Positions 1-9,137 of a stretch of 64,000 nucleotides of DNA are shown in pieces. A program made the translations under genes and the position numbers. This DNA is from Bacteroidota bacterium (GTDB taxonomy: Bacteria > Bacteroidota > Bacteroidia > Bacteroidales > FEN-979). The DNA lies in assembly GCA_037134895.1 (NCBI GenBank), contig JBAXLI010000008.1:17294-81293 (forward strand), written 5' to 3'. The notes under the pieces were generated by a model. The model was given only the letters and a program-made list of their open reading frames with translations. It was not told where the DNA came from and searched no databases. How positions within the stretch are numbered: the first letter of the stretch is position 1; each line of letters starts with the position of its first letter.

Positions 1-414
1 TTCATCAACAACCACGGGATCGGCAATATATGCTTTTGCTCCGGGAAGGTTCTTTATCAGGTCATTGGCGATGAGTCCGCCGAGGTTGCTGGCATGCTCG
101 GTTTCGGCATGGATCAGGTCATGGATCATTGTATCATTGACCTCATAAACACCGGAAGGGATGGGCTTGAGAACGCCACCCCGGCCAACAACTGCCTTGA
201 CCTGCTCAAGATTGATGCCGGCATCGGATAGCTGCTGCAGGATGATGTTCTTACGAAACTGGAACTGGTCGGCGATCTTCGGATAAGGCGCCAGGTCCTC
301 TGAAGTATGCTTGATGGTTTTCAGGAAGACAGCTTTGTCGTTCTGAAAAACTGCGATTTTAGTTGAAGTTGATCCCGGGTTGATAGCAATTACCCGGACA
401 TTGTCCATTTCCAT
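1..414 (-). CDS. buk: Butyrate kinase, N-terminal 138 codons (the rest lies outside the window)
   Basis: Hand translation of the minus strand from ATG at 414..412 gives MEMDNVRVIAINPGSTSTKIAVFQNDKAVFLKTIKHTSEDL... INPGSTSTK matches the acetate/butyrate-kinase N-terminal phosphate-binding motif. The frame stays open to position 1, which is why it is missing from the ORF track. Confidence 0.8.
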   Translation of the reverse strand, partial: MEMDNVRVIAINPGSTSTKIAVFQNDKAVFLKTIKHTSEDLAPYPKIADQFQFRKNIILQQLSDAGINLEQVKAVVGRGGVLKPIPSGVYEVNDTMIHDLIHAETEHASNLGGLIANDLIKNLPGAKAYIADPVVVDE

Positions 415-436
415 AGTTTAAATTTTTTGTTCCGGT

Positions 437-2212
437 TTACGCGTTTTTGGTTTTGAACACCGACCATGCGATAAAATAAGGTATTGTAAATAACCCGGCA
501 GCAATGGTAATTCTTAATAGTATCATCTGCGGATAAAGTACCCAAAGAAGCGAATAGGGCAGGATCAGGAGAAACAGGCTCGCAAAAAACCTCACCAGCA
601 TCGGATTTACACTGAACAACCTGGCATACCCGGCATAGACGCCGGCAAGCATTGCCCCATCCCTGGTGCGGAAGAGATATCTTCCGGTGCGGAGACCGAT
701 AACGCTGCGGCGGATGCTGTAAATAAAGTAGATCAGGAAACCGAGGTACATCCAGATCAGGAGACGCAGCCATGTGTCGACAGGGAGAGAAGCCATCTGC
801 CCGATACAGAATAATGCTCCCAGTATCGGAATATAAGGAACCCAGGGTGTGCGGAATGGCCTTGGAATATCGGGCCGTTTTTTCCTGAGGAAAATAATGC
901 TGATGCAAACGATGGTAAATGCGAGTAATGTGCCTATCGACACCAGCTCGCCTAAAATACTGATCGGGAGTATGCCTGCTAAAACGATCGCAAAAAAACC
1001 TGTGACCAGCGAGCTGATGTAAGGGGTCTTGAATTTTTTGTGAACCTTTGAAAATACCTGCGGAAGAAGTCCGTCCTTGGCCATGGTATAAAAGATCCTT
1101 GGCTGGCCCAGCAGCATCACCAGCACAACCGAACTGAGCCCGGCAAGCGCTGCGATCTTGATGATCGGACGTAACCAGAACATTTTGTCTCCCATGGAAT
1201 CTACCCCAACGGCAACCGGATCAGGTACGAGAAGATGCGGATAAGCGAGGATACCTGTAAGGACGATGGCTACCAGGATGTAAAGGATTGTTGAGATGCC
1301 GAGTGACCCCATAATGCCAATAGGCATATGTTTCTGCGGATTTTTTGCCTCCTGTGCCGCAGTGGAGACCGCGTCAAACCCTATATAAGCGAAAAAAATC
1401 ACCCCTGCCGCCCTGAATATTCCCGACCAGCCGAAATGCCCCCATTCTCCTGTGTTGGGTGGTATGAAAGGTGTCCAGTTAACGCTTTTTACAAAAAAGA
1501 ACCCGATCACCACGAACACTATGATCACCCCTACTTTGGTGATGACCATAACATTGTTGAAACTGGCAGATTCCTTGATGCCGATGATAAGAAGAAGAGT
1601 GAGGACGGCTATGATGAACATGGCTGGCACGTTCATAATGGCATGTACATGGGGGAGGGTGTTTATGTCTATTCCTTTGGCGGCAAGGCTGGTGGCCATC
1701 TCCTGGGTTTTCGCTACCCAGCCGGTCGTTTCAGGAAGGTTGACCAGGTATGTGCCTGAGGCCTGGGTAAACTGTACCGGCAGGTGAATGCCCAGGTCCT
1801 TCAGAAAACTGACAAAATATCCCGACCAGCCTACCGAAACTGTGGAGGCCGCAAAAAGGTACTCAAGGATAAGGTCCCATCCGATAATCCATGCAAGGAA
1901 CTCTCCCAATGTTGTATAGGCGTAGGTGTATGCACTTCCCGAAATAGGGATCATCGCAGCGAATTCTGCGTAGCAAAGTCCGGCAAAAGCACAGGCAATA
2001 CCTGAAATGATGAACGATATTACGATGGCCGGACCGGCATACTGGGCAGCAGCCTGGCCGGTCAGAACGAAAATACCGGCACCGATAATACCGCCTATAC
2101 CCAGGGTCGTCAGGTTCGTTGCTGTCAGGGCTTTTTTGAACCCTTGCTTGTTGTCGGAAGCTTCATCAAGAAGTTCCTGTATAGGCTTTATCGTGAACAG
2201 TTTACTGCCCAT
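437..2212 (-). CDS. APC-superfamily amino-acid permease with a C-terminal PspC-domain extension
   Basis: 591 aa and polytopic. The N-terminus is typical of cationic amino-acid/YfnA-type permeases (TNLTTLGIGGIIGAGIFVLTGQAA). The last ~100 aa carry a PspC-like motif (LFRTRDGAMLAGVYAGYARLFSVNPMLVRFF) plus extra TM helices. Confidence 0.8.
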   Translation of the reverse strand: MGSKLFTIKPIQELLDEASDNKQGFKKALTATNLTTLGIGGIIGAGIFVLTGQAAAQYAGPAIVISFIISGIACAFAGLCYAEFAAMIPISGSAYTYAYTTLGEFLAWIIGWDLILEYLFAASTVSVGWSGYFVSFLKDLGIHLPVQFTQASGTYLVNLPETTGWVAKTQEMATSLAAKGIDINTLPHVHAIMNVPAMFIIAVLTLLLIIGIKESASFNNVMVITKVGVIIVFVVIGFFFVKSVNWTPFIPPNTGEWGHFGWSGIFRAAGVIFFAYIGFDAVSTAAQEAKNPQKHMPIGIMGSLGISTILYILVAIVLTGILAYPHLLVPDPVAVGVDSMGDKMFWLRPIIKIAALAGLSSVVLVMLLGQPRIFYTMAKDGLLPQVFSKVHKKFKTPYISSLVTGFFAIVLAGILPISILGELVSIGTLLAFTIVCISIIFLRKKRPDIPRPFRTPWVPYIPILGALFCIGQMASLPVDTWLRLLIWMYLGFLIYFIYSIRRSVIGLRTGRYLFRTRDGAMLAGVYAGYARLFSVNPMLVRFFASLFLLILPYSLLWVLYPQMILLRITIAAGLFTIPYFIAWSVFKTKNA

Positions 2213-2275
2213 TGGATCGGCTTTTAAATTAGTTTAAGGCGTTACCAGGTCCGGGGTGAAAGTATCCGCAAGAAA

Positions 2276-3202
2276 TCAGTTTACAGCGGCTGCCATAATG
2301 ATTGAAAGCTGCTTGGATTCTTCGGTATCAGAACGGGATGTTAATACAATGGGGGCGGCTGCACCGAGAACACAGGCGGCCAGCTTCGCATTGGCCGAAA
2401 AGCCAAACGATTTGTAAAGCAGGTTCCCGGCTTCAATCTGGGGTGCGATCAGGAGGTCTGCATCACCGGCGACGTCACTGACAATTCCTTTGTGCTTGGC
2501 ACTTTCCATGCTCACGGCATTGTCATAAGCAAGAGGGCCGTCAATAATACAGTTTTTTATCTGTCCGCGCTGGTTCATCTTGGCCAGGAGGGCGGCATCC
2601 ATTGTTGCAGGCATGGCCTCGTTCACTACCTCAACTGCCGCAAGAACGGCTACTTTGGGTTTGGCGTAGCCAAGCTTGTTCATGAAACTGACTGAGTTAT
2701 TGACAATGGCGATCTTGGTTTTCAAATCCGGGGCAAGGATCATCGCCGCATCACTGAGGCCCAGAAGTTTGTGGTATGTCGGGATTTCAAACAAGGCAAA
2801 ATGATTCAAAACATCGCCCTTGCGTAAACCAACTTCCTTGTCAAGCACGCCTTTCAGAAAAATCGCTGTAGGGACATTCCCCTTCATCAGGATGTCGGCC
2901 TGCTTTTCCCTGACCATCTTAACTGCCGTTTTCACAGCGACAGCATCAACCTCTTCGTTGATAATCTTCATCTTGCTTACATCAAGGCCAAGCTTCGCAG
3001 CGAGGTCTTTGATCTTTTTCTCGTTGCCGATCAATATGGCTTCAACGAGGCCCATCCTGTCAACGGCACATATCGCCTCAAGGCAATGCTCGTCCTGGGC
3101 AACGGCTACAGCAAGCCTTTTCTTTCCTGACTTCTTTGCTAATTCCTGAAGTTCGCTTAGTTTTGTGAGTACGCCCTTTGGGGCTTCAGTTTGGGTAGTC
3201 AT
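2276..3202 (-). CDS. ptb: Phosphate butyryltransferase (PTA/PTB family)
   Basis: 308 aa with full-length resemblance to the phosphate acetyl/butyryltransferase family (..ADILMKGNV.., ..IDGPLAYDNAVS.., ..PIVLTSRSD..). It lies in the same strand block as buk. Confidence 0.8.
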   Translation of the reverse strand: MTTQTEAPKGVLTKLSELQELAKKSGKKRLAVAVAQDEHCLEAICAVDRMGLVEAILIGNEKKIKDLAAKLGLDVSKMKIINEEVDAVAVKTAVKMVREKQADILMKGNVPTAIFLKGVLDKEVGLRKGDVLNHFALFEIPTYHKLLGLSDAAMILAPDLKTKIAIVNNSVSFMNKLGYAKPKVAVLAAVEVVNEAMPATMDAALLAKMNQRGQIKNCIIDGPLAYDNAVSMESAKHKGIVSDVAGDADLLIAPQIEAGNLLYKSFGFSANAKLAACVLGAAAPIVLTSRSDTEESKQLSIIMAAAVN

Positions 3203-3327
3203 AGTTTGTTTCCTCCTATAGATTTATTTTGTATTGTTATGTTCCTTAAGGGTTTTCCAGCATAGCAAACCTACGGCATTTTTAGGATTTGGGCAAACTT
3301 TCCCAAAAAAATCAACAAAAAACTCTC

Positions 3328-3335
3328 TACCTTTG
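3328..3335 (+). promoter_or_regulatory. Match to the Bacteroidetes -7 promoter element TAnnTTTG (TACCTTTG) upstream of the tnaA-like gene
   Basis: The motif is seen 25 nt upstream of ATG 3360. I found no well-spaced -33 TTTG. Confidence 0.3.
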
Positions 3336-3359
3336 CTACCAGCAACAAACCTTTCACCT

Positions 3360-4733
3360 ATGGAATTACCTTTTGCCGAATCCTACAGGATCAAGATGGT
3401 TGAACCCATCCGCCGAAGCACAAGAGCTGAACGCGTACAATGGATCAAAGATGCAAACTACAACCTCTTCAACCTGAGAAGCGAACATGTTTTCATTGAC
3501 CTTCTTACCGACTCCGGAACAGGAGCAATGAGTGACAGGCAATGGAGTGAGATGATGCTTGGAGATGAAAGTTATGCAGGGGCCTCGTCCTTCCATAAAT
3601 TTAAACATGCTATAAACGAGATCACAGGCTTTGAATACGTCCTGCCGACACACCAGGGAAGAGCTGCTGAAAATGTGCTGTTTTCTGTCCTTGTGAAGGA
3701 GGGCGATTTTATACCTGGTAATTCTCATTTTGATACAACAAAGGGCCATATCGAAATCCGTAAGGCAAAAGCTGTCGATTGTACTATCGACGAGGCTTTC
3801 GACACAACCCTGATCCATCCTTTCAAGGGTAATGTTGACCTTGCAAAACTTGAAAAAGTCCTTAAGGATAACGGGAACAAAGTGCCTTTTATCATCCTCA
3901 CTATTACCTGCAACTCTTCGGGCGGGCAACCGGTTTCACTGGCCAACATGAAGGAAGTGAAGCAGCTTGCCGACAAGTACGGGAAGAAAATTGTCATGGA
4001 CTCGGCAAGGTTTGCCGAGAACGCTTATTTTATCAAACTCCGGGAGGAAGGATGCGAGAATAAGAGCATTAAGGAAATTGTAAGGGAGATGTTCTCCTAT
4101 GCTGATGCAATCACAATGAGCGCAAAAAAGGATGCCATCGTGAACATCGGAGGTTTTATCGCAATGAGGGATAAAGAGCTCTACAAAAGCGCCAGTGTCT
4201 TCGAAATCGTGTATGAAGGGTATCTTACTTATGGCGGATTGGCAGGCCGCGACCTGAATGCGATTGCCCAGGGACTTTATGAATCAACAGAATTCGATTA
4301 CCTCGACACAAGGATAAGGCAGGTTGAATATCTTGGAAATCAACTTCTGGAATACGGTATCCCTATCCAGCAGCCGATTGGAGGGCATGCCATTTTTGTT
4401 GATGCAAAACGCTTTCTTCCACAGGTACGGAAAGAAGAATTTGTAGCCCAGACCCTGGCTGTAAACCTTTACATTGAAGCAGGTGTGAGAGGTGTCGAAA
4501 TAGGAGCCCTGCTGGCCGACCGTGATCCGGTAACCCGCGAAAACAGGTTCCCCGAACTGGAGCTTATGCGGCTCGCCATCCCCCGAAGGGTGTATACCAA
4601 TAACCATATGGATGTGGTTGCAGCCGGACTGAAGATCATCTGGGACAAGCGGATGAACATTAAGAACGGATTCCGGATCGTCAGGGAAGCGCCGATTATG
4701 AGACATTTTACTGTTGAGCTTGAAAAGATCTGA
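3360..4733 (+). CDS. tnaA: Beta-eliminating lyase (tryptophanase / tyrosine phenol-lyase family)
   Basis: Start trimmed to ATG 3360 (MELPFAESYRIKMVEPIRRSTRAER...). DLLTDSGTGAMS and PTHQGRAAE are hallmark tryptophanase/TPL motifs. At 457 aa it fits the family length. I cannot decide Trp versus Tyr specificity by eye. Confidence 0.8.
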   Translation: MELPFAESYRIKMVEPIRRSTRAERVQWIKDANYNLFNLRSEHVFIDLLTDSGTGAMSDRQWSEMMLGDESYAGASSFHKFKHAINEITGFEYVLPTHQGRAAENVLFSVLVKEGDFIPGNSHFDTTKGHIEIRKAKAVDCTIDEAFDTTLIHPFKGNVDLAKLEKVLKDNGNKVPFIILTITCNSSGGQPVSLANMKEVKQLADKYGKKIVMDSARFAENAYFIKLREEGCENKSIKEIVREMFSYADAITMSAKKDAIVNIGGFIAMRDKELYKSASVFEIVYEGYLTYGGLAGRDLNAIAQGLYESTEFDYLDTRIRQVEYLGNQLLEYGIPIQQPIGGHAIFVDAKRFLPQVRKEEFVAQTLAVNLYIEAGVRGVEIGALLADRDPVTRENRFPELELMRLAIPRRVYTNNHMDVVAAGLKIIWDKRMNIKNGFRIVREAPIMRHFTVELEKI

Positions 4734-4737
4734 GAAT

Positions 4738-5193
4738 ATGGATCGGGCAAGAAAAAGGGCCAGGTACAGCAGGCTTTATGATCAGCTCAGCGACCTTCTG
4801 ACTAAAACGCCCGATCCCCAGGCCAGGATGGCAACCATAGTTGCCGTGCTGCATAATAAAATGGAATATTTTTACTGGACTGGATTTTATCAGCTGGTCA
4901 AAGGGGAACTTACTGTGAAAACTTACCAGGGTCCCCTTGCCTGCCAGGTACTGAAAAGTCATACCGGCGTGTGCTGGGCCGGAATAGATACTAAAACAAC
5001 GGTGATTGTGCCCGATGTCCATAAATTCCCGGGCCATATCGCCTGCGATTCAGCCTCAGCTTCTGAAATTGTTGTTCCCTTGAAAAACCGCTCAGGCAGG
5101 ATCATCGGGGTGCTTGATGTCGACAGCAAATCGTTGAACTCATTTGATGAAGCTGATGCCGAATGGCTTGAAAAAATTGTCGCACTGGTTTGA
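4738..5193 (+). CDS. msrC: GAF-domain free methionine-(R)-sulfoxide reductase-like protein
   Basis: The 151-aa product resembles E. coli YebR/MsrC (..WTGFY.., ..GVCWAG.., ..FPGHIACDSASASEIVVPL.., ..IGVLDVDS..). Start chosen at the first ATG after the tnaA-like stop. Confidence 0.75.
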   Translation: MDRARKRARYSRLYDQLSDLLTKTPDPQARMATIVAVLHNKMEYFYWTGFYQLVKGELTVKTYQGPLACQVLKSHTGVCWAGIDTKTTVIVPDVHKFPGHIACDSASASEIVVPLKNRSGRIIGVLDVDSKSLNSFDEADAEWLEKIVALV

Positions 5194-5352
5194 TTGGGGA
5201 TTGGGGATTAGGGATTGGGGATTGGGGATTGGGGATTGGGGATTGGTTGTTGGTTCGCAGCAATGGCAAGGTGCTACGAAGCCATTCTTATTCGTAATTC
5301 GTAATTCGTAATTCGTAATTCGTCACTCGTCACTCGTCACTCGTCACTCGTA
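5192..5352. repeat. Heptamer array locus L1: class A x7 (+2 degenerate), core stem-loop, class B x9
   Basis: Class A runs 5192..5240 as GATTGGG x7 (one is GATTAGG), followed by GATTGGT and TGTTGGT. The core stem-loop is at 5254..5280. Class B runs 5290..5352 as ATTCGTA x4, ATTCGTC, ACTCGTC x3, ACTCGTA. The first unit overlaps the msrC-like stop TGA (5191..5193). The array ends 10 nt before the mntP ATG. Confidence 0.95.
5254..5280. other. Core stem-loop of the composite element (L1 copy)
   Basis: TTCGCAGCA, a 9-nt loop, then TGCTACGAA. This is a 9-bp stem with one C/A mismatch. It is the same stem sequence as at 18605..18643. Confidence 0.7.
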
Positions 5353-5362
5353 AATCACTAAC

Positions 5363-5923
5363 ATGGGTTTTTTCGAACTTCTTCTTATCGCAATCGGTCT
5401 TTCAATGGATTGCTTTGCTGTTGCCCTGAGCTTCGGAGCCCAGAAAAAGCTTAAGAAGAACGATGTTCTGAAATTCGCTTTCTTTTTTGCATTATTCCAG
5501 GCAGTTATGCCTCTCCTTGGCTGGCTCGCCGGAAACGCTGCAAAAAATTATCTCGCTGCATTCGATCATTGGATTGCTTTTGGTATACTTTCATTTATCG
5601 GGTTGAGAATGATTGTTGAATCTTTCAAGGATGAAAGTGAAAAGCGCAGCTTTGATATCAGGCAATGGAAGATTTTACTGACCCTTTCCTTTGCTACCAG
5701 TATTGATGCCCTGATGACAGGAATAAGTTTCGGGTTTATTAAGGTTAACATCCTTCTTGCCATTGTTACTATTGGCCTGGTGACCTTTATTAACTCAGTT
5801 GCCGGCGCCTGGGTTGGTAAAAAATCAATACATATTTCGCCCCGATGGGCTGAGATCCTCGGTGGGATTGTGCTTATCGGTATCGGACTGCGGATCTTAC
5901 TTCAGCACTTATCCGTTTTATAA
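5363..5923 (+). CDS. mntP: Manganese efflux pump MntP
   Basis: 186 aa with six TM helices. The N-terminus MGFFELLLIAIGLSMDCFAVALSFG and the internal repeat ..SIDALMTGISFG.. are typical of MntP/YebN. Confidence 0.8.
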   Translation: MGFFELLLIAIGLSMDCFAVALSFGAQKKLKKNDVLKFAFFFALFQAVMPLLGWLAGNAAKNYLAAFDHWIAFGILSFIGLRMIVESFKDESEKRSFDIRQWKILLTLSFATSIDALMTGISFGFIKVNILLAIVTIGLVTFINSVAGAWVGKKSIHISPRWAEILGGIVLIGIGLRILLQHLSVL

Positions 5924-5942
5924 ATCTCTAAACTTCAATGGA

Positions 5943-6395
5943 ATGTCGATCATAAGAATTACAAAGGAATTCGGTTTTGAAGCTGCACACGCTCTTAAAG
6001 GATATGACGGGCCGTGCAGGAATGTACACGGACATTCCTATGAACTTGCAGTGACCGTGACCGGTTCACCCACTTCCGATTCGTTATCCCCTAAATACGG
6101 GATGCTGATGGATTTCGGAGATCTCAAACATCTTATCAAATCGGAAATCATCGACAGCTTCGACCATGCACTGATACTTCACTCTTCGATGAAGCACCAG
6201 GGAATTGTTCCGGCCGGTGAGCCATTTACAAATGTATTGTACGTTGATTATCAGCCAACCAGCGAAAATATTATTCTGGATTTCGCTGAGCGGATAAAAA
6301 ATCTGCTTCCTGCAGGGATATTGCTCCACCATCTTGTTTTGCGAGAAACATCCTCTTCCTTTGCCGAATGGTATGCCTCGGACCAAATAGAATAA
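5943..6395 (+). CDS. queD: 6-carboxy-5,6,7,8-tetrahydropterin synthase / PTPS-family protein
   Basis: Start trimmed to ATG 5943 (MSIIRITKEFGFEAAHAL..). The C-x3-HGH motif (GPCRNVHGHSYEL) and ..DHALIL.. match the QueD/PTPS family. 150 aa. Confidence 0.75.
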   Translation: MSIIRITKEFGFEAAHALKGYDGPCRNVHGHSYELAVTVTGSPTSDSLSPKYGMLMDFGDLKHLIKSEIIDSFDHALILHSSMKHQGIVPAGEPFTNVLYVDYQPTSENIILDFAERIKNLLPAGILLHHLVLRETSSSFAEWYASDQIE

Positions 6396-6410
6396 TACAG
6401 CAGAAAAGAG

Positions 6411-6983
6411 CTACCTGGGAATCAGGCGAATATCGATGGTGGGATCATCTTTTTCTATCCTGACCAGGTTAGCCTCGGCATATGCCGAATCCTGGTCGAA
6501 AAAGGCAGGAATATAACTTCTCATTGCTTCTGACCCTGCAACAGGATTGATGCGTATCAGGTAATTGCCATGGTCAAGGTCGCTGAACTGGAAAAACCCC
6601 TTTGCATCCACAGGAACCGCCTGGATCAGTTTTACAGTGTCGAATGGTTTTTCTTTATCATATACTTTAAACAGGAACGCCGTCCCCCGGCAAAGCCTCG
6701 ATTCCCCAGCATAGGCATGGCCACGGATAAAATGTTTGTTAGAATAGGAAAACCAGATCATCATCAGCAAAAGCACCATTGCGGCCGAGGCCATAACAGG
6801 GTAAAGATGACGGGAGCGGACGAACTGGCCCAGGATTGTCCTGAGCCCTGATAAACCACTTTTCTTTTCTTTCTCAGGATGCAATTCACACCTTATCCTT
6901 TCCCATGTACCCTGGGGAGGCTCCGGCTGGAATTCCGAAAATGCTTTCCGGTAGTATTCTTCTATGGAATCTTTTTCCTGCAT
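6411..6983 (-). CDS. Putative membrane anti-sigma-like protein with a C-terminal beta-sandwich (carboxypeptidase-regulatory-like) domain
   Basis: 190 aa, lying 4 nt downstream of an ECF sigma gene. It has one central TM helix (LYPVMASAAMVLLLMMIWF). Its N-terminal segment resembles the N-terminus of the 9134..10519 product. Confidence 0.45.
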   Translation of the reverse strand: MQEKDSIEEYYRKAFSEFQPEPPQGTWERIRCELHPEKEKKSGLSGLRTILGQFVRSRHLYPVMASAAMVLLLMMIWFSYSNKHFIRGHAYAGESRLCRGTAFLFKVYDKEKPFDTVKLIQAVPVDAKGFFQFSDLDHGNYLIRINPVAGSEAMRSYIPAFFDQDSAYAEANLVRIEKDDPTIDIRLIPR

Positions 6984-6987
6984 GCCT

Positions 6988-7518
6988 TTATAATATTCTT
7001 CTTAAAATATTCCTCATTGACGATTTCGCCCTCCACAATTGGGATTTGGACGTGTTTTCAGATATTCCAAGCACCTCGCCTATTTCTTTATGTGTGTAAC
7101 CATCAATAACATACATGTTAAAAACAGTTCTGTAACCTAATGGAAGCCCCTGAAGTATCTTCATTAGCTCCTTGTATGATAGTTTTGACAGTGCATCTTC
7201 AGGAATAGTTGCATCAGGGGTTTCATTTCGAATCTGGACTTCATTCTGGAACTTCAGCTGCTTATTGTAATAATTGATGGCAGTATTAACCATGATCCGG
7301 TGTACCCAGCCGTCTATTGAATCGAGTGACTGCAGGCTGCCAAGATTCCGGAATATCCTGATGAATCCTTCCTGCAGCATATCTTCAGCCTCGGCGCGGC
7401 TTGCGGCATAACGAAGGCAGACCCCGAACATCCGCGGTGCGTATGCCTTGTAAAACGCTTCCTGGCCGCGTGGTTCGTCATGCAAACACTGGTCAAAAAC
7501 CTCGGCCGGGATAGTCAT
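6988..7518 (-). CDS. ECF-type RNA polymerase sigma-70 factor
   Basis: 176 aa. Region 2 (..EAEDMLQEGFIRIF..) and region 4 (..YRTVFNMYVIDGYTHKEIGEVLGISENTSKSQLWRAK..) are recognisable. Confidence 0.85.
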   Translation of the reverse strand: MTIPAEVFDQCLHDEPRGQEAFYKAYAPRMFGVCLRYAASRAEAEDMLQEGFIRIFRNLGSLQSLDSIDGWVHRIMVNTAINYYNKQLKFQNEVQIRNETPDATIPEDALSKLSYKELMKILQGLPLGYRTVFNMYVIDGYTHKEIGEVLGISENTSKSQLWRAKSSMRNILRRIL

Positions 7519-7571
7519 TGTAAACAGGTAAGAGGATAAAATATCCTGACGAAGGTAAAAAAAATCCTGGT

Positions 7572-9137
7572 TTAATGCGATCTGATGATCTTATTCCTGC
7601 AGATTACTGTTCCTTCGGCCGTTCTCATGATAATTATGTAAATTCCGTCAGGAAGTGAAGAAAGATCGGTGTTAAGCATGCTAAGGCCCGGCCCCGCACT
7701 TAAAACGGTTTCGAGCAACAACGCTGATTGCATTGAATATACAGATGTTTTTATAATCAGGGGCTTCGGTGCCCTGAGTGGTATGTTAATCAAACCCGTC
7801 GAAGGGTTGGGAAAGGGCAATCCGGCAACAACATCACCTGAATTGGAAATTTCAGGAACCGCGGTTATATTATGATCGTAAATGTCGAGCACAAGGGTGT
7901 CGGCAACCGGCGACTGTGCATTGAGACTGACCTTGGTGAATTTTGAGAATTTCCCGGTCGATTCAACAAAAAGCTGGTACTCCCCATATGGCAGACCTTG
8001 AAAACTGAAGTTGCCTGAAGCGTCACTCAAGGTGTAAGTGAGCATGTGTTTCAGGGAATCAAACAGCAGAACTTCAGAACGGAAGATTGTAAACATCCCT
8101 GAAGTCTGGGTATGCCTTTCAACTTTACCTGAAATCCTGCCCGCGCCGGCGAGGCTGTCATTGCCGGGATTGAGAGGAATATCGAAATTGAAAATGCTGG
8201 AGTCTGCAACACTTAACAGCCTTGACTGCTGCCAGAACAGACTCTCAATATAATATGTAGGAACGTATTTCCTGCTATTTGCCGAATTGGGTGTAAGCAA
8301 AACTTTCACAAGATAATCACCCGACAGCAGATGGGGAAATGAATAATACCCCAGGTAAGTGAATGTCAAGGTGTCGAAAGGGATCACATGGTTGTTGTGA
8401 AGTTTATACAGATAGGCGATGCCTGTGTCGCTGGTACTTACAGGGTTGTTGATGGGCTTGTCACCTGCAAAAATATGGCCTCCAATGCTGTAATACTTTG
8501 GAGTGCTGATATAAGTACAGGAGGAATCTGAGCAGGGTGAAGATATCTGTTCCCGGCTCACAGTGAGACAAACCTGAAAATGCCCTGAAACATTGTAGAT
8601 ATGGCTTGGGTTTCTTTCGGCTGAGGAAGTACCGTCGCCGAAATTCCATATCCATCTGTCCGGGTTACCGGTAGAAAGGTCAATGAACCTGTATTTATTG
8701 GGTATAACCGATGAAGAGTCGATCTCGGTAATGAATTCAGCAATACAGCTGGGACTGAACTTTTCACAGATGAAAAAGTTAATGACCAGGCTGTATGACG
8801 CTATGGGCTGTGCCTGAATATGAATAACATTATGGCAATCGAAAGTGCTAACCCATAAGGTATCGCCAAGTCCGGGAAGTTCGTGAATAGTGTCGGAATA
8901 GTTGCCGCTTGTATCGGTATACACGGTCGAACTATAGCCGATGTATGGTACCTTTACCATTACACTATGGTTTGAGACGGGCTGGCCGGAAGAATCGTTG
9001 AGTATCTTCCCGCTCACAATGAGATTTATCGCCTGTTGCCGGTCATCCTTAAACGGATTTCCGTTCAGCCTGTGAGAATAGGTAGATAAAAGGAATATCG
9101 ATATGATCAGTAAAAGGTATCCTTGAGGTATTCTCAT
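7572..9137 (-). CDS. Secreted PKD-domain protein with a T9SS C-terminal sorting domain
   Basis: 521 aa with a signal peptide. It has a PKD-like motif (WNFGDGTSSAERNPSHIYNVSGHFQVCLTV). The C-terminal ~80 aa have the T9SS type-A pattern (FPNPSTGLINI...LPDGIYIIIMRT...). Confidence 0.65.
   Translation of the reverse strand: MRIPQGYLLLIISIFLLSTYSHRLNGNPFKDDRQQAINLIVSGKILNDSSGQPVSNHSVMVKVPYIGYSSTVYTDTSGNYSDTIHELPGLGDTLWVSTFDCHNVIHIQAQPIASYSLVINFFICEKFSPSCIAEFITEIDSSSVIPNKYRFIDLSTGNPDRWIWNFGDGTSSAERNPSHIYNVSGHFQVCLTVSREQISSPCSDSSCTYISTPKYYSIGGHIFAGDKPINNPVSTSDTGIAYLYKLHNNHVIPFDTLTFTYLGYYSFPHLLSGDYLVKVLLTPNSANSRKYVPTYYIESLFWQQSRLLSVADSSIFNFDIPLNPGNDSLAGAGRISGKVERHTQTSGMFTIFRSEVLLFDSLKHMLTYTLSDASGNFSFQGLPYGEYQLFVESTGKFSKFTKVSLNAQSPVADTLVLDIYDHNITAVPEISNSGDVVAGLPFPNPSTGLINIPLRAPKPLIIKTSVYSMQSALLLETVLSAGPGLSMLNTDLSSLPDGIYIIIMRTAEGTVICRNKIIRSH

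Noticed and set aside
5194-5362. A manganese (yybP-ykoY) riboswitch might be expected upstream of mntP
   Set aside because: The whole gap is occupied by heptamer arrays plus a simple hairpin. I could not find the conserved yybP-ykoY core elements or its four-helix layout.
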